A stretch of DNA of 64,000 nt from Bigelowiella natans CCMP2755 (lineage: Eukaryota > Protista > Cercozoa). The stretch's first letter is position 1, and each line of letters starts with the position of its first letter. The stretch spans positions 124,001 through 188,000 of the forward strand of contig ADNK01001927.1 in assembly GCA_000320545.1 (NCBI GenBank), written 5' to 3'. Both the position numbers and the translations under genes were made by a program. The notes beneath the pieces were generated by a model, which was not told the origin of the DNA, ran no database searches, and saw only the letters and a list, made by a program, of their open reading frames with translations. Positions 51,059-64,000 of the stretch are shown here, in pieces.

Positions 51059-54000
51059 TTACAAATGTTTGCTATCCAGCTTTGAATGCAATTCTTGCAT
51101 GAGAGCTTGTAAAGAAGATATTGAATACGATGTTGATGTTCCTTCCATCTTTTCTGAATTTAGTAGTTGCTGTTGATGAGAAATTCTCGTATTGCCTATA
51201 ACCCTGCTGGGAAGTTGGCTGTTATATGTTTTGCTTTTTAGGTGGTTCATGCCAGAGTGTGTAGAACCTCCAGTTGGCGTTATTGTTGTTGTTGTTGTTG
51301 TTGGCACAAGCCATGCAGAGGAAGCTTGATTTCTTTGCAGATTATGTACATTTGTAGAAATAGGAGTAGTAGGTGCCAAATTTTGAAGTGCGTTGGTATG
51401 ATGGGATGACCCCATTACTCGTGTAAAAGAGTGTGGTGTTGACTTAATTCTTGATTCGGGATGATGATGATGATGATGAGCAGCAGCTGTATTCACATAA
51501 TAATGATAAGAGCCCTGACCAAGTTGCTCGTTATCATTAGCATAACCTGCAGACTGGTATTCTCTTGGATTATTCATAACCATGTTGTGTCGCCTAATTC
51601 GCTTTGGAGGAGATGATGCAGGGGGGGCAACTCTATCGTCGTCGTAATAAGATCTATAGTTGTAGTACCGCAGCATCTTACTCTGTGTAGCCTCGTCTTT
51701 AAAATTAGGATGATGAATATTGAATCTCCCATCATCATAATCTGAGATAGTAGCTGTAGTTAGCCTTTTTGTCCGCCTGACGGTGTTAAGGAGCCCTTGA
51801 TGATGATGATGCTGCTGCTGCTGCTGCTGCTGCTGGAGGTGGTGAGGTATTAATGAGTTCGGGGCTTGGTTAGTGGTTGCAATATAGTAGTGTTGTCTAA
51901 CACGTTGTTGTTGTTCTTGTTGTTCTTGTTGTTCTTTTTCTTGCTGCCAAGGAGCTGCTGATTGTGAGTGCTCTGTTTGCTGCTGCAGTTGGTATTTGTT
52001 TGATGATGATCGATAATCATGATGAGGTTGAGGAAACTTGAAGGAATTGAGGGAAGAAGAAGAGAGCGGAGGTACCATCAAGTTAGAGGTGGGGGATGAG
52101 GAGGAGTAGTACTGATGGCCTATTTTCATATATCAAAAATTAGAATTCATCGGAGATTGTTGTAACAAATTATTATTATTATTATTGTTGTTGTTTGGTG
52201 CTGTCACTGTGTGTTGGATGCTGATTATTCTCAACTCTTGACTACTACATAGTCAACGATTTACATTACCATATGTTACTGTCACTACTACTACTTACTA
52301 CTACCGATTTTGCTCGATGAGCCTCGTTGAGGATGGGATTGAAAGACAGAAGGAAGATGAGGAGGAGGGGGAGGAGGAGGGACTATTCCGACTCTGGATG
52401 ATGCTGAAGACGCTGATGATAATGGTGGTGGTTGAGGCACAAAGGAGGACTTTAACGACGTTTTCTGCGTTGTCGTAGTACCCTGAGGCAAATAATCTTG
52501 GGAAGATGAATAATGCTGAAAATGATGCTGTTGAGGATGATCATTTAAAAGTCCTTCAAATTTGGTTTCAAGAGTTCTCTGCTGATGATCTTCTCCCCCA
52601 TGTCCTCCTTCTTCTCTTGATTCGTCGTTTCGTTGAATGAGTAGCGGTGACTTGGTGGCGACGGTATTAGCATTAGAAGAAGTAGTTGTGATAGGAGTGG
52701 TAGTAGGAGGTGGTGGTGCTTGTTGAGAAGGTAATATTATGCCCGCTTGAGTTGACGATGATGAAGATGATTCACCTGCAGCAGCAGCTGTTGGGACTGC
52801 TACATATGAGGAGGAGGAGGGTGGTAAAGTGGCTGATGCTGCTATGTGTGATGATAATGGTGATAACGATGATGGTAAAGAAGCAGCAGCAGAATTAGTT
52901 GTCAATCTGGAATTTGAAGAAATAGCATTACTCATTGCTGGTGGTGCTGCTGATGAGGTTGGAAGTTGGCTGATAATGGCAAACACACAATAGATTCATG
53001 AATCAATCATGAATGATATAATAACGTTGTGGGTGAAGTTGTCGTGTATAATTTAAGCTGCTGCTCTAACACAATATTATCATCACTCGATTATTCGTTT
53101 TTCCGTCCGATAAGTTGGAAGTCTTCTATTCGTAACTAAGCTACTACTTATTATCTTAATCACTAAATCATCCTTTCATTTCTTCCTTCCTTTTATTCGT
53201 TCAATGATGCTATTGTTACTACCTTATCCACTGGTCAATTTTCTGGCTCAAAAGGTTAACATCTAAATCTTGGCTCTGCATTAGCGAATCTACTATATCT
53301 TCAAATGCTGCATTATCCTCCGCTGCTTGTGCCCCTCCTGCTAATTCGTTACTACCAGCAGCAGCTGGTTTTGCACTTTGAGAACTACTACTAACATCTG
53401 TTTTATTCAGATGTATTCCCGTAGCAAGTTCAAGAAGTAGTGCTCCCTGATAGAATCATGAAAACAGAATAATAAATAAATATATATAAATAGAAATAGT
53501 AGTGTTCAGCATGATGATGAATAATGGTTAGAAGAGTCTAAGATTGAAAAAGAAGAAGAGGAAGAAAAAGAAGAAAAGCAAAAAGGAAAAAAGTTACCAT
53601 ATATTACGTTGAAAAGGTTGTTCGTTAAAAGACATTATGATACAGCACGGATGATGATAATCATATCATCATTATCATCATCATCATCATTATATTTAGT
53701 CAGTCGTTGCTGTTCCCAACTCACACATCATGATCATGGAAATCAGAAGACAGTGCAAAGCGACTATCAGGATAGATGATGGTATGGTTATTGTGTCCTC
53801 CTCCTCCTCCTAAAGCAACTACCTCTGAATCGATTTTATATTGCTCCAGTAAATGTTTGAGCTGGTGTTTGATTGTAGTCCTCATGAACAGTTGTTCTTT
53901 GTGGTCAATACACCCCAGCATCATTCGAATAGCTGATAATGATACGACTCCTCCTCCTCCTCCTCCCCCTCCGCTATCATCCTTGTTTCTCACAGAATTA

Positions 54001-54517
54001 TCCAAAACTCTGCGAATATTGTCCAGTGTTGTCGGCAATGCCGCCTCATCCGTGAGTGTTGTATTATTATCATTACTACTACTACTACTACCACTATTAC
54101 GTGTTGGTACTACAGCTGCTATTCCAACACCTCCTCCTCCTCCTCCTTCAATTTGCTCATAAGAAGGGGCAGAGGAAGAAAACGAAACTGGCACTTGTTC
54201 TTGCGGCTCGCCTTTCCTTTCAGCAATATTTGTTGTATGATGACTATTTCCTCTTACTCCTCCTCCTCCTCTAGAGGAAGAAGAAGAAGAAGAAGAGATA
54301 CTGAGGATTCCACTTAATCTTCGAATTTCCTCCTTATAAAGTATGATATATCACATCATCACATCCATCCAACAGTAGTAACAACAAAGGAGTTCAGTAC
54401 ACGTAAAATGAATGTGATGTAACAACTCTCCTCGAAAAACAACTTGAAGTACATCAATAGCTCAATAGATTGATAGATCAATAGTGATCAATGATGATTT
54501 TAGAAAATACACCAACG

Positions 54518-54556
<39 letters not shown>

Positions 54557-54666
54557 AAAGCCTTTCTCCCCTCCCCTATGGAAAGTATGTCTGAAATCCT
54601 TCAAATACTTCTTTTTCTTTTTCTTCTTCTTCTTTTTCTTCTTCACACACGTCTTCCATGTGCAAA

Positions 54667-54698
<32 letters not shown>

Positions 54699-54828
54699 AG
54701 TGATAATGATGATGTAGAATAAAAAATGGGACTGTCGCTTGCAGCAGTAGTATCTATCATTATCATCCAGCACCTTGCAGTTGTATGCTTCTATGTAGTC
54801 TTCTCTCTCAACACAGATACTGCAAAAC

Positions 54829-54859
<31 letters not shown>

Positions 54860-55755
54860 TCACCAAAATTTTGGTCTTATTAAGGTTAGAGCATATTGCA
54901 CTAATTTAGTCTAAATAATTGAGCAGTTTGCTGATAACAACAATTATCAATGCTACATAGCTACTACAACGTGTTTACTCTTACAACATCCTCTATTACA
55001 ACCATTACGACTACTACTTACAACCTATACTGCTACTCAACATCCTCTATTACAACCTATACGACTACTACTTACAACCTATACTACTACTACTATAGCC
55101 TCTAGAATTACTTTTGCTCCAACTACTACAACTACTATTACCATAACTAGTAGTAGTAGTAGTATCACCTTTTCATTTTTTTCAAATGCTGAATTCTATC
55201 CATAACTCTATGCTTCCAAGATTCCTCTAGTTTAGCACTAAGGCGACTCTGCATGCTAGTGCCCCCATAAATACTACTGCTACCACTCTTGCCTCCTCCT
55301 CCTTGGTCATTGAAAACACAGCAAAATATCATCATCAACAACATCTCATCATCCAGGTGAGTATGTATACGTACTAACTATCTATCTATCTATCTGCAGA
55401 AAATGAATGATGATTGATACACTGGGAGAAGAATGACGCAATAAGTCACTACAACATAATGATGATAATGATGATGATGATGATGATGATGACAACGTTT
55501 CAGTTGTTGTAGTTAGTACAGAAAGAAAATTCAGGAGGTGTCTTCAGGATGTACCTCCTCTTGTGACAACATTATTAAGAAGTTTATGGTGTGTATCCTC
55601 ATCGTCAGCAGCAGCAGCAGTAGGTACGATAACGCCATTATTATTATTGCTATCACCATTCCCTTTCTCCTAAGTAATGATAATAACAAATTACTACTTT
55701 ACACACCTCCCTGCTTCGAGTTAATTAGCACCGGCAGTTTACGGAAAGAAAGAGG

Positions 55756-55796
<41 letters not shown>

Positions 55797-58513
55797 AATG
55801 TTAATATTGACTGCTATCTAATAGACCTTTGCCGCATTATTGCTGCTGGTGGTACTACTACTACCCACAATAGGGTAAGTCGCTGTTCTGTTGATGATGA
55901 CGATGTTGATGTTGTTATCATCCGTTGTTGTTCCTACTAATCCTGCTCCTTCTCTTCCTCTTCCTCCTCTTGCTGCTGCTGCTGCGATTTCTTCTCCCTC
56001 TTCTTCAGTGGCAATAGAGACACTGAGAAGGTTGTGGTCTATACTTGAAACACATGTCGTACCGCCCATCAAATCATTTATCATGTTTACATCAGCAGAA
56101 GGTTCTTTCTTTCCTTCTATCTCTGTTTTTTTCTCCTCGCACTTGATATTGCTGCTGATACTTCCATTCTCTGGAAGATGAAATGAATTCCTCATTGTTA
56201 AGATCCTCGGTGTTTGTTCTTCTAATTGCTGGTCCTGTTGTTGTTGTTCTTCTTGTTGTTGTTTTCCGCTGCTGCACCCAATCTCCTCCTTCTCCACATC
56301 CATTGCATTTCCATCATTATAGTCGGCAACGAATTCGTCAATACCATTCCCCCTGTTATTATCACTCACAGAGTTGTGTATATCTCTTGCTGTTTTCTTT
56401 GGAATTAGCTTAAGAATTGCCCGCCTCCTCTTCGAATCGTCATTTCTTTTTGCGTCTTCTTCTTGGTTACTTGCGAAGTAATATAGATGACCTCCTCCCC
56501 CTTCTCCTCCTTGGGGAGACGATGATGACAGTAACTTCCCCTCTTCCATCTTCTTGTTGTCGTGGTCTTTCTGAAATATCTCCTCCTCCTCCTCCTCCTC
56601 AAGATGCTTCTTCTGATCTGTTGGGGCTGGGCTCATAGGGATTCTAATCATCATCCTTTGTAGCACCGGCACTGCTGCTGCTGATGGTGGAAATTGTGAA
56701 AGAGGCGGATCGTCCTTTATAGACTGCTGCATTGGACCTCTACCCGTCATCAGAGTCTCGTCTTCTCTTCCTTTTCTTCTTTCTTCTTCTTCTTCTTCTT
56801 CTTCTTCTTCTTCTTCTTCTTTCCGTCCCTGAAGCAAATCCTCTTCAGCATCATTCTTCTCTATTATAGTGCGAGGTACAGGACTAGTTGGAAAAGGGCT
56901 GTATTCTATGGGGAGAGGTGCCATTATTATTCTCCTTGCTGACCCTGCTGCTGCCTGATATTCCTCCTTCTGCTGCTGCTGATGATGATGATGCTGCTGC
57001 TGATGATGATGACTCGAGAAAGATGGCTGTTCAAGCGGTAATAGCAACCTCTTTGTTGAGTTAATATGCTTCTTCAAGTCCTGTTGGGATTGAAGGCCTC
57101 CTCCTCCTCCTTCTTCTCCTTCTTCTTCCTTTCTTCTTCCCCTTCCTCTACTTCTTCTATGTCGCTGTATGCGTAAGTCGTCAACCAATCCAAATACATC
57201 CCATCGGCCATCTTCGTTGTCAAAGTACTATTATTATGTGGTGATGGAGGTGTAAAACACACACACAAACCACACACACACACATAGGTTGCAAACAGAC
57301 ATCATTAAGAGGATGATGATGATGATGATTGTACCAGACGAGGAGTGACTTAACAAAGAAAAGCAAAAATGTGTCTCACTACTTAACTATTCTCAGGTGG
57401 TTTCGATGAATGAAAGCCGCATTTTGGCAGCAAACATCACTCATACCCCTACCTGAGAGATATCAGCTGTAGAGTCTTCTAGTTGCAGTTGTCTGAACAG
57501 CTGCAATGCGTTGTTGCTTGAGACTTTGAGAGAGAATAACGAAGATGAGTTTGAAACGAGGTGAGCACCAGCCCCCATCCCTTGCTGTTCTTGCTGGTGA
57601 TGCTGATGTTGCTTATGATGATGATTTCGAGTTACTGTTTGCCATGTATCCACAAGAGCAAAAATGTCCCATTCGCCATTCTCATTTATGTACTGAATGA
57701 ACAGAAAATATGTTAAAATACGTCCCATTCGCCATTGTCATTTATGTACTGAATGAACCGAAAATATGTTAAAATAGTGATCATGCTGCTGCTCTGAATG
57801 AGCGTACTCTGGCAGAATAATGATATAACTTGGAACAGACGAAAAAGACGACTACTACGACTACTACTATACTACTGCTGCTGCTACTACTACTATTGCC
57901 TAGTTACTACTACTATTGCCTACTTACTACTACTATTACTACAACTGCTGCTGCTATAACTGCACTGCGACTAGGACTTGATAAATTACATGATTCCTCG
58001 AAATGGACGACGAGTTCATCATCCTCTTGATTTCGTTGAATATGAATAGGGCATTTGCATTTTGTACTAGAGCCTTGTAGTAGTCGTAGCTGCCTCCTTG
58101 TTCTTGTTCTTGTTCTTTTTGGGTTATTATCATCCGTTTTGTTTGGTTGTTCTTGTGCTCGTCCTCGATGAAGGCATTCAGCTCATCATCATTGCGATTA
58201 TAAAGATTTGTTCCTGGATGTGGCTGCTCTCCTCCTCCTCCTCCTCCTCCTTTTCCTCTTTCCCTTCCAACTACTACTACTGCTTCTTGGTCACTGCTCC
58301 TTGGACCATATCTATTGACAGGGAAGCTTTGATAGTACTCACTACTTGGCGATAACTCTTCTTCTTCTTCTTCAATTATTTCTGCCTTCTGGTGCTTAGG
58401 ATGAAGAGGCTGTTGGAGCTGCGGCAGCCTGGTGATTAACAGAGCGCTACTTGTTAAAGAAGAAGAAGAAGAAAAAGTTGTATTCAAAAAGAAAAGACTT
58501 GATTCGTTATTGC

Positions 58514-58549
<36 letters not shown>

Positions 58550-58567
58550 GCGTGGAATGTGTACGCG

Positions 58568-58614
<47 letters not shown>

Positions 58615-60255
58615 ATATATAACTAACGTAATTAATCAAATTTATGTGGAAAAGTATACATAGTTTCAGAAAACAAACAAATAGATTACAAGAGCATGTT
58701 GTAAACCTGCTTGATTGCGTAGATAATGAAGCACAATATGATGATTCTGCTGCGGTAAAGGGCGAAGTGTTCGTCGCTTCTAAATTTCTCCATCGTACCT
58801 CCCTTATCAAAATCGATTTTGAAGTAGGGGGTTTCTCGGTGGTGGCAATAGTGCCATTATCATCATCATCATCATCGTCGTCGTCATCATATGTAGTACC
58901 ACCCTCCTTTGCTGCTGCATATGCTATGCTTGGGGTTGTTCTTGGCTGCTGCTGCACATTGTCAACCATTTCCATTTCATTCAAATTGCTGCTGGGCCTT
59001 TTTGGATATCTTACTACAAAGGAGGAAGGAGGAGGGTTACGATTTAGCTGTCGTGTCATCTTTGAAGACGGCGACGAAATGACATCACTTTCGCCCCAGC
59101 TTAGCTGACTTGGGTTGAGCACCACTTCGTCGTCATCGTTGCCATTTTCCCCATCAACAGTATTAGTCGTAGTAAAATGTAGCCGGCGGTGAGTTGTAGG
59201 AAAAACAGAATGACTTGGACTACGTAGGATATCAACCTCCTCCTCCACAACTTCTTCTTCTTTTTTGTTGTTGTTGCCAAGAAGAGACGATGATAATAAT
59301 GATGATGATGATGATGATATATTTTTGTTGATATTATTGGGCTGCTGGTTCGTTATTCTAAACGATGATGATGATGATGATGATGATGAGGGAGGTGCTA
59401 TATTATTTTCACTGCTAATGCCAGCTTCAAGTTTTACCTCCTCAGTTGTGCTATTATTATTATTATCATTCTCACAAGAATATAAACTCAAGGAGTCACA
59501 TTCACTATCAGCAGTCATTCTCCGCAATAGATGAAACTTCAATGAGTTGTTTGTTGAGATAGACGACGTAAGGTTGTGGTGGTCTCCTCCTCGAATGAGA
59601 CTCCTAAGAGGCTCTAGAGATTCCTTTGGTTCAAGGCTGGCAATTACGCACCCATTTATCGAAAGAATCAGGTCACCCTCAGCCAAATACTCCTGGATTT
59701 CTGAACCAGGTTTAATAGCTAAAATACGAGCTCCACGTTTTTCCCGTGCAAGCCGCAAATTTAACGATTGGTTTGAAGAGAAACCAGGAAATTCCACTGC
59801 TTTAAAGACGAAAGAAGTTAAAGGGCGGCTGGGCTGACCATCCCCGTAGGGTCCACCACTTCTTCGTTGTTTTTCTAAAGATGATGATACTTGTGTTGTT
59901 CTCATTACTTGGTCCTTCACCATTGAAACATCATCATCGTCGTCGCCATCCAGGTTGTCCATGTTTGACTGCACTCCATCATCATCGTCGTCGCCATCCA
60001 TAGACTTAAGAGTGGGCACATCACCTTCGCTTTGAATTTTAGATCGGTACACTTGCGACATTTCTGAGATTTTGCTTGCTAAAAGCAAGTCTTGCCCTTT
60101 TAATTGTGTGAATATATGTTAGGAATATTTTCAGCACATGCGCTAGACAAAACATCATTTAGACAGTACCACAAGGAGGAGGCTCCCGAATTGGGCCTTG
60201 CTCACAATTAGTGGTAACACTTTCGCCTGATTTTTCCCCAGATACGGCTTGAGGT
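51059..60255 (-). CDS. Large low-complexity multi-exon protein with an N-terminal PDZ-like domain (may be more than one gene)
   Basis: Long same-strand ORFs at 51059-52129, 52291-52986, 53721-54194, 55818-57188 and 58613-60088; SLNLRLAREKRGARILAIKPGSEIQEYLAEGDLILSING is PDZ-like. Confidence 0.55.
54984..55092. repeat. 54-bp intronic tandem duplication
   Basis: caacatcctctattacaacc starts at both 54984 and 55038. Confidence 0.85.
57666..57777. repeat. 56-bp tandem duplication spanning a minus-strand splice acceptor
   Basis: gtcccattcgccatt.tcatttatgtactgaatgaac.gaaaatatgttaaaata starts at both 57666 and 57722. Confidence 0.9.
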
Positions 60256-61102
60256 GGGTCTTTGGAAGATAGGAATATAGGAGGAGGAAACGAATGACTT
60301 CATGCTGCACACAAGTGTGTGTACAATTTTGCAAACTTACAGCTGTGATCGCGCAAGAAGACTGAAGGAGACCTCTCTAGTACAGAAATCACATCTGTAG
60401 TTGGTGTGACGGAAGAAGAACCAGATATTCGATGCCTTGAAGGCTGGCGAGATATGTAAAAGCTGCTTGTGGTACTGCCGATGAGGCCTGATTTCTGCAA
60501 AAGTAATTCATTTTTAGGCGAGCAATATGTGATGTTAGCACAATATCGACCCACGACCTTTGTGCATAGGAAATATAGAGTAGAGATTAGGAGAAGGGCA
60601 ATCAACTTTGGACTCCGTCTTGCCCTGCTGCAAATAATGTAAATTAATCGTAAGTGCCTGCCAAAAGTCCGGTACAGCAGCAGTCAAAAAAAAGAGAACC
60701 GCAATGGCCTTTCCATTATGTATCTTGGGTTCCCTTGATCCCGCTATAGTTCAAACTTGGACTTAGAAGCCCTTGCGGACATACTTCTTTGAGAGCACCA
60801 TCATCATTCCAAACCGGAACAGGTACGCGCCGCCATTGTTGACGGTAACCGGTGGTGGTCTCCTTTATGGATTTACGCCTAATATCTTAATGAAACTACA
60901 TGTCGCTCATAGAAAATCAATGATGATATGGATTTATCATGTAACATCAGAAACACTACCATGTCGCAGTACTAAGATACAGGGGATTCTTAAGATAAAA
61001 CTAACACACAGATTCTTGTGGAGCTCCAACCCGATTTGTTGCATCCCCAACCCCTTTTTCCGGCAGGACTTTCATACATTCTGAGAGAGGAGAGATGTTT
61101 AG

Positions 61103-61555
61103 GTTCGGAAAGTCGAAGAACAAGTCGGAGAAGCAGCTAGAAGTGCTCAATGACCAGGTATAGGTTGTGTCTGGTCCTTGAGTTCGTGATGATGCAGCAT
61201 TGCCGTAGCATCATCATGGGGATGTGACGACGAAATTGATGTCATCTAAGTCTGATTTGAGATAATTCCAGGTTGAAGAAATGGAGGAGAGCCTCAAACA
61301 CAAGGATACTATAATTATGGTCCTACTATCCGTAGTTTATTCTTGTAATCGGATATATTCAACAGCTAACCATTTTAATAACTCCTCAGGGACTTATGGC
61401 TACAAATGAGCAGCTCTCAAAGAAAGTAGAAGACCTTAAGAGTAAATCCAATGTCAACAAAGAGGTTACGATTGAGGAACCACAGAAATCTGGTAAGTAT
61501 TATTTTGACGGTAGTAGTCGGCATTAGGGTGATGAACTGTTCATTTCGACCAGAA

Positions 61556-61592
<37 letters not shown>

Positions 61593-61979
61593 GGATACCA
61601 ACGCCTGCATGCCGCCAAAGAACAGAAAGATCACGTTATAATTTCATCTTCAAAGGAAAATCTTTCTAAATCTTCAGCAGAAAACAAAAAAAAGGAAATG
61701 GCAATCTCTAACATGAAGGAGGAGGTAATATTGAATCATCATTGTCATCATACTAGGTAACTACATTGTATACGGACTAGCTCCGTTGATGATATGGCAT
61801 TACTACTCGTGGTGTGCTCTACATAGATTACACATCTCAGATCAGATCTTGACCATTACTACTCGTGATGTGCTCTACATAGATTACACAGCTCAGATCA
61901 GATCTTGACCAGGCGAGAAGAAACGTAAAGGTACCTAGAAGTCAATTCAAAATATATATATATTATTTTTATAAAATAT

Positions 61980-62065
<86 letters not shown>

Positions 62066-63018
62066 TCTCGAGATTCTAAATCTATCTTTTCGAAAACACT
62101 GCACGAATTTGCTGTTGAAGATCCCTTCCATGATGCAATGCTTGATATGGTGTAACATGATTATGTAGAAGAATGAAGAGGCCGCAAAAACAAATATTGC
62201 AAGAGCATTGAAGTTAGAGACTGAACTCAATGTAGCCAAATCGAAGCTTCGAGGTAGTGACAGTATGGAAAATGAATCGATAATCGGTTCAAACAAGCAC
62301 ATAGATGACTATGTCCTGGATAAAGATGATATGATGTTAAGATAATATATTTTACCATCTCTGTATTAATTTATTCTTGGTAGCCATCGGTGCTAGTACA
62401 GTTGGAAATCAAGAAGAAGAAGAAGAAGAAGCTTTGACAAGTAGCCCAGATATAGTAGTAGTATTTGGTTGTGATATTCTTCGTTTTCAATCTGTCATCT
62501 TCGTCGTTCGTATTTTCTAATTTCAACATTAGAGGAGACAACAACAACACAATCAAGTAGAAACAAACGTCGTTTGGAAGGAGTCAGTCGTCATAAGCAA
62601 TAATAGCATGTTAATGTAGGAGTGTGCTGCTGTTGCTACTACTATTTACTACTTCCAATACTACTTTCTGCAGGCTCATCATCATCATCCAGTGCTCACA
62701 GAAAAACATCGTCCTCAACAGCAGAGGTAGAAGAATATCTTGAGAATAGTGGATGATAGTAACTGTTACTTTGGGTTACGACATTATTCTCACGAAATCA
62801 TGATGTTCTCCAATCCCAATGCTCTCTCTTTTTGTTCTAATCTTAACTTTTGTTTATTCACAAAGTAATGTACTTGTCGATTGCTAACAGGAGTTGAAAG
62901 ATCGCCTTCGCAAACAAGCCTCAGAGACTCGCAAAAAGGAACGTGAAATCAAACTGCTAAAGGTAGTATTCTCGCCGAATCTAGCAATTTGATCCCCACA
63001 CACACACACATTATATAC

Positions 63019-63056
<38 letters not shown>

Positions 63057-63628
63057 GCGTTGTGTGTGTGTGTGTGTTTAACACAGCGTGAAATAGACGA
63101 CTTGAGGACAGATTTGGAAACAAAAACTCACGAACTCACGGCAATACAAATTCAGGTGTCACATTAATCGAAGTAGCAACATAAAATGTCTTTTTGCAGT
63201 CGGTTTTCAACAAGTCATCATTAATCGTGCTTCCTCAAAGTTTTGCATACTCATTAGTCGGAAACGGCGAATGCCGACGCGGCTAAGACCATACTTATAC
63301 ACCAAAGGCAGATCCAAAGGGTGGTTATCAACTTGTAGGATGATAATGTAGATAATAATTTGTTGGTAGTAGTAAGCGAGGTTGTTTTTCTCTGGTATAT
63401 CCTCGTTTTATTATAAGGTGCAGGACAAAGAGAAGCGAAGCCAGGAAGATAGGGAGAGCATGGTTGCTACTACTACACTATGTTTTTTGTTTCTCTTGTG
63501 ATTCAAACCCGCCATTTAGTAGATAGAACAGCAACCTGGTGAGCAGTATTTACACAATGTGACTATCATTTTCTCCTATGCAAGGCTCAAGAATGGAGGG
63601 AAAAAGATTCTGAGTTGAAGCGATTGAG
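61103..63628 (+). CDS. Multi-exon coiled-coil protein (ends not defined; probably continues beyond the window)
   Basis: Short GT-AG exons: FGKSKNKSEKQLEVLNDQ, VEEMEESLKHKDTIIM, GLMATNEQLSKKVEDLKSK, ITQLRSDLDQARRNVK, KNEEAAKTNIARALKLETEL, ELKDRLRKQASETRKKEREIKLLK. Confidence 0.65.
61798..61910. repeat. 56-bp tandem duplication spanning a plus-strand splice acceptor
   Basis: cattactactcgtg.tgtgctctacatagattacaca.ctcagatcagatcttgac starts at both 61798 and 61854. Confidence 0.9.
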
Positions 63629-64000
63629 GTATTTTTTTAACATTCTTAGTGTCGTTGCAAATTCATTTGTATAATTTTGTCTGAATTTGATGGAATTCAA
63701 TCCAAAATGCAATTTTTAATATAAAATCACAACATATACACAACCACTATTGCAACAGACTACTACTACTACTACTACTAACATCACCACGAATGGGATT
63801 ATGTTCTCTAGGGCCATTGTCAGTGATTCAGACAAAGCAGCGCTCTGTGAGAAGCAAAAGGTGGTGAAAAATAGAGCAAGAAGAAGAAGAAGAAGAAGAA
63901 GAAGAAGAAGAAGAAGAAGGGGGATGATCGGCAACAATCCAATCCATTTTTACCACGAAATTAATGAGTACTGCTCATTCATTGGTGTGATAATAATAAT

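Noticed and set aside
1-64000. A deaminase or methyltransferase gene responsible for the hypermutation; also rRNA or tRNA genes
   Set aside because: I saw no HxE...PCxxC deaminase motif, methyltransferase motif or structured RNA gene. Heavily spliced hypothetical genes could hide one, so absence is not proven.

Overview
Gene-dense, intron-rich, microsatellite-rich eukaryotic DNA, most likely from a flagellated protist (it carries CCDC40, and introns are short GT-AG). Recognisable genes: a secreted Cys-rich PAN/apple-like protein, a PUB-CAP fusion, an EF-hand protein, an ankyrin-CaMK-RGS-PH-DEP kinase, CCDC40, a GABA-B-like class C GPCR, a PDZ low-complexity protein and a coiled-coil protein, plus several hypothetical multi-exon genes. 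The most striking signal is not a gene. Intergenic islands at about 1-650, 3.8-6.3 kb, 16.3-17.6 kb, 24.3-26.9 kb and 33.6-34.4 kb, and more weakly 42.5-43.7 kb and 50.3-50.9 kb, have had TpA converted to TpG or CpA, i.e. A-to-G on both strands. One stretch (4101-5605) has no TpA in about 1.5 kb. LINE protein motifs and paired repeat copies give the direction as TA to TG/CA, the reverse of fungal RIP. Surviving TpA sit mostly in CTAG, the damage fades into flanking DNA, and the islands lie mostly between convergent gene 3' ends. This looks like the footprint of a repeat- or region-targeted DNA adenine hypermutation system. No candidate enzyme is visible in the window. All counts and exon assignments were made by eye, and novelty needs a literature check.
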